From assembly GCA_038087875.1 (NCBI GenBank), contig CM075999.1, positions 3,844,001 to 3,908,000 on the forward strand: DNA of 64,000 nt, in the 5' to 3' direction. This DNA comes from Malacoraja senta (taxonomy: Eukaryota). A model generated the notes under the pieces. The model was not told where the DNA came from, ran no database searches, and worked only from the letters and a program-made list of their open reading frames with translations. Position numbers and translations under genes: made by a program. Within the stretch, counting starts at the first letter, position 1. The number at the start of each line of letters is the position of its first letter. Positions 63,815 through 64,000 of this stretch are shown piece after piece.

Positions 63815-64000
63815 ACACAAAAATGCTGGAGAAACTCAGCGGGTGCAGCAGCATCTATGGAGCGAAGGAAATAGGCAACGTTTCGGGCCGAAACCCTTCT
63901 TCAGACTGATAGGGGGTGGGGAGAAGAAAGGAAAAAAGGCGGAGGAGGAGCCCGAGGGCTGGGGGGTGGGAGGAGACAACCAGATGGCTGATGAAGGGGA
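63815..64000 (-). mobile_element. Penelope-like terminal repeat, running off the window end
   Basis: Same repeat as 60545-60640, including the hammerhead core. Confidence 0.75.

Overview
Repeat-rich vertebrate genomic DNA. The V-SINE/HE1-type SINEs, CR1 LINEs and Penelope-like elements point to a cartilaginous fish, most likely a skate or ray (inference). Genes reconstructed by hand: (1) a complete 4-exon liver-basic FABP (fabp10, +, 4001-8623, 126 aa); (2) two tandem beta-connexins (-, 10222-10911 and 14156-14932) with ~98% identical cores but divergent N- and C-termini; (3) a complete SRSF10 (+, 36878-48418, 240 aa) whose U12-type intron 2 appears to end in AT rather than AC and contains a candidate autoregulatory poison exon; (4) a convergent PNRC2 (-, CDS 54848-55285) with a CpG-island exon 1 and a candidate spliced overlapping uORF; (5) an isolated B7-family IgC exon lacking both canonical cysteines (63033-63317). 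Intergenic DNA holds a ~2.9-kb tandem duplication and a near-complete CR1 ORF2. It also holds many Penelope-derived terminal repeats that carry a minimal hammerhead-ribozyme core, often as inverted (hairpin) pairs or as tandem minisatellites. Repeat boundaries are approximate and were read by eye.
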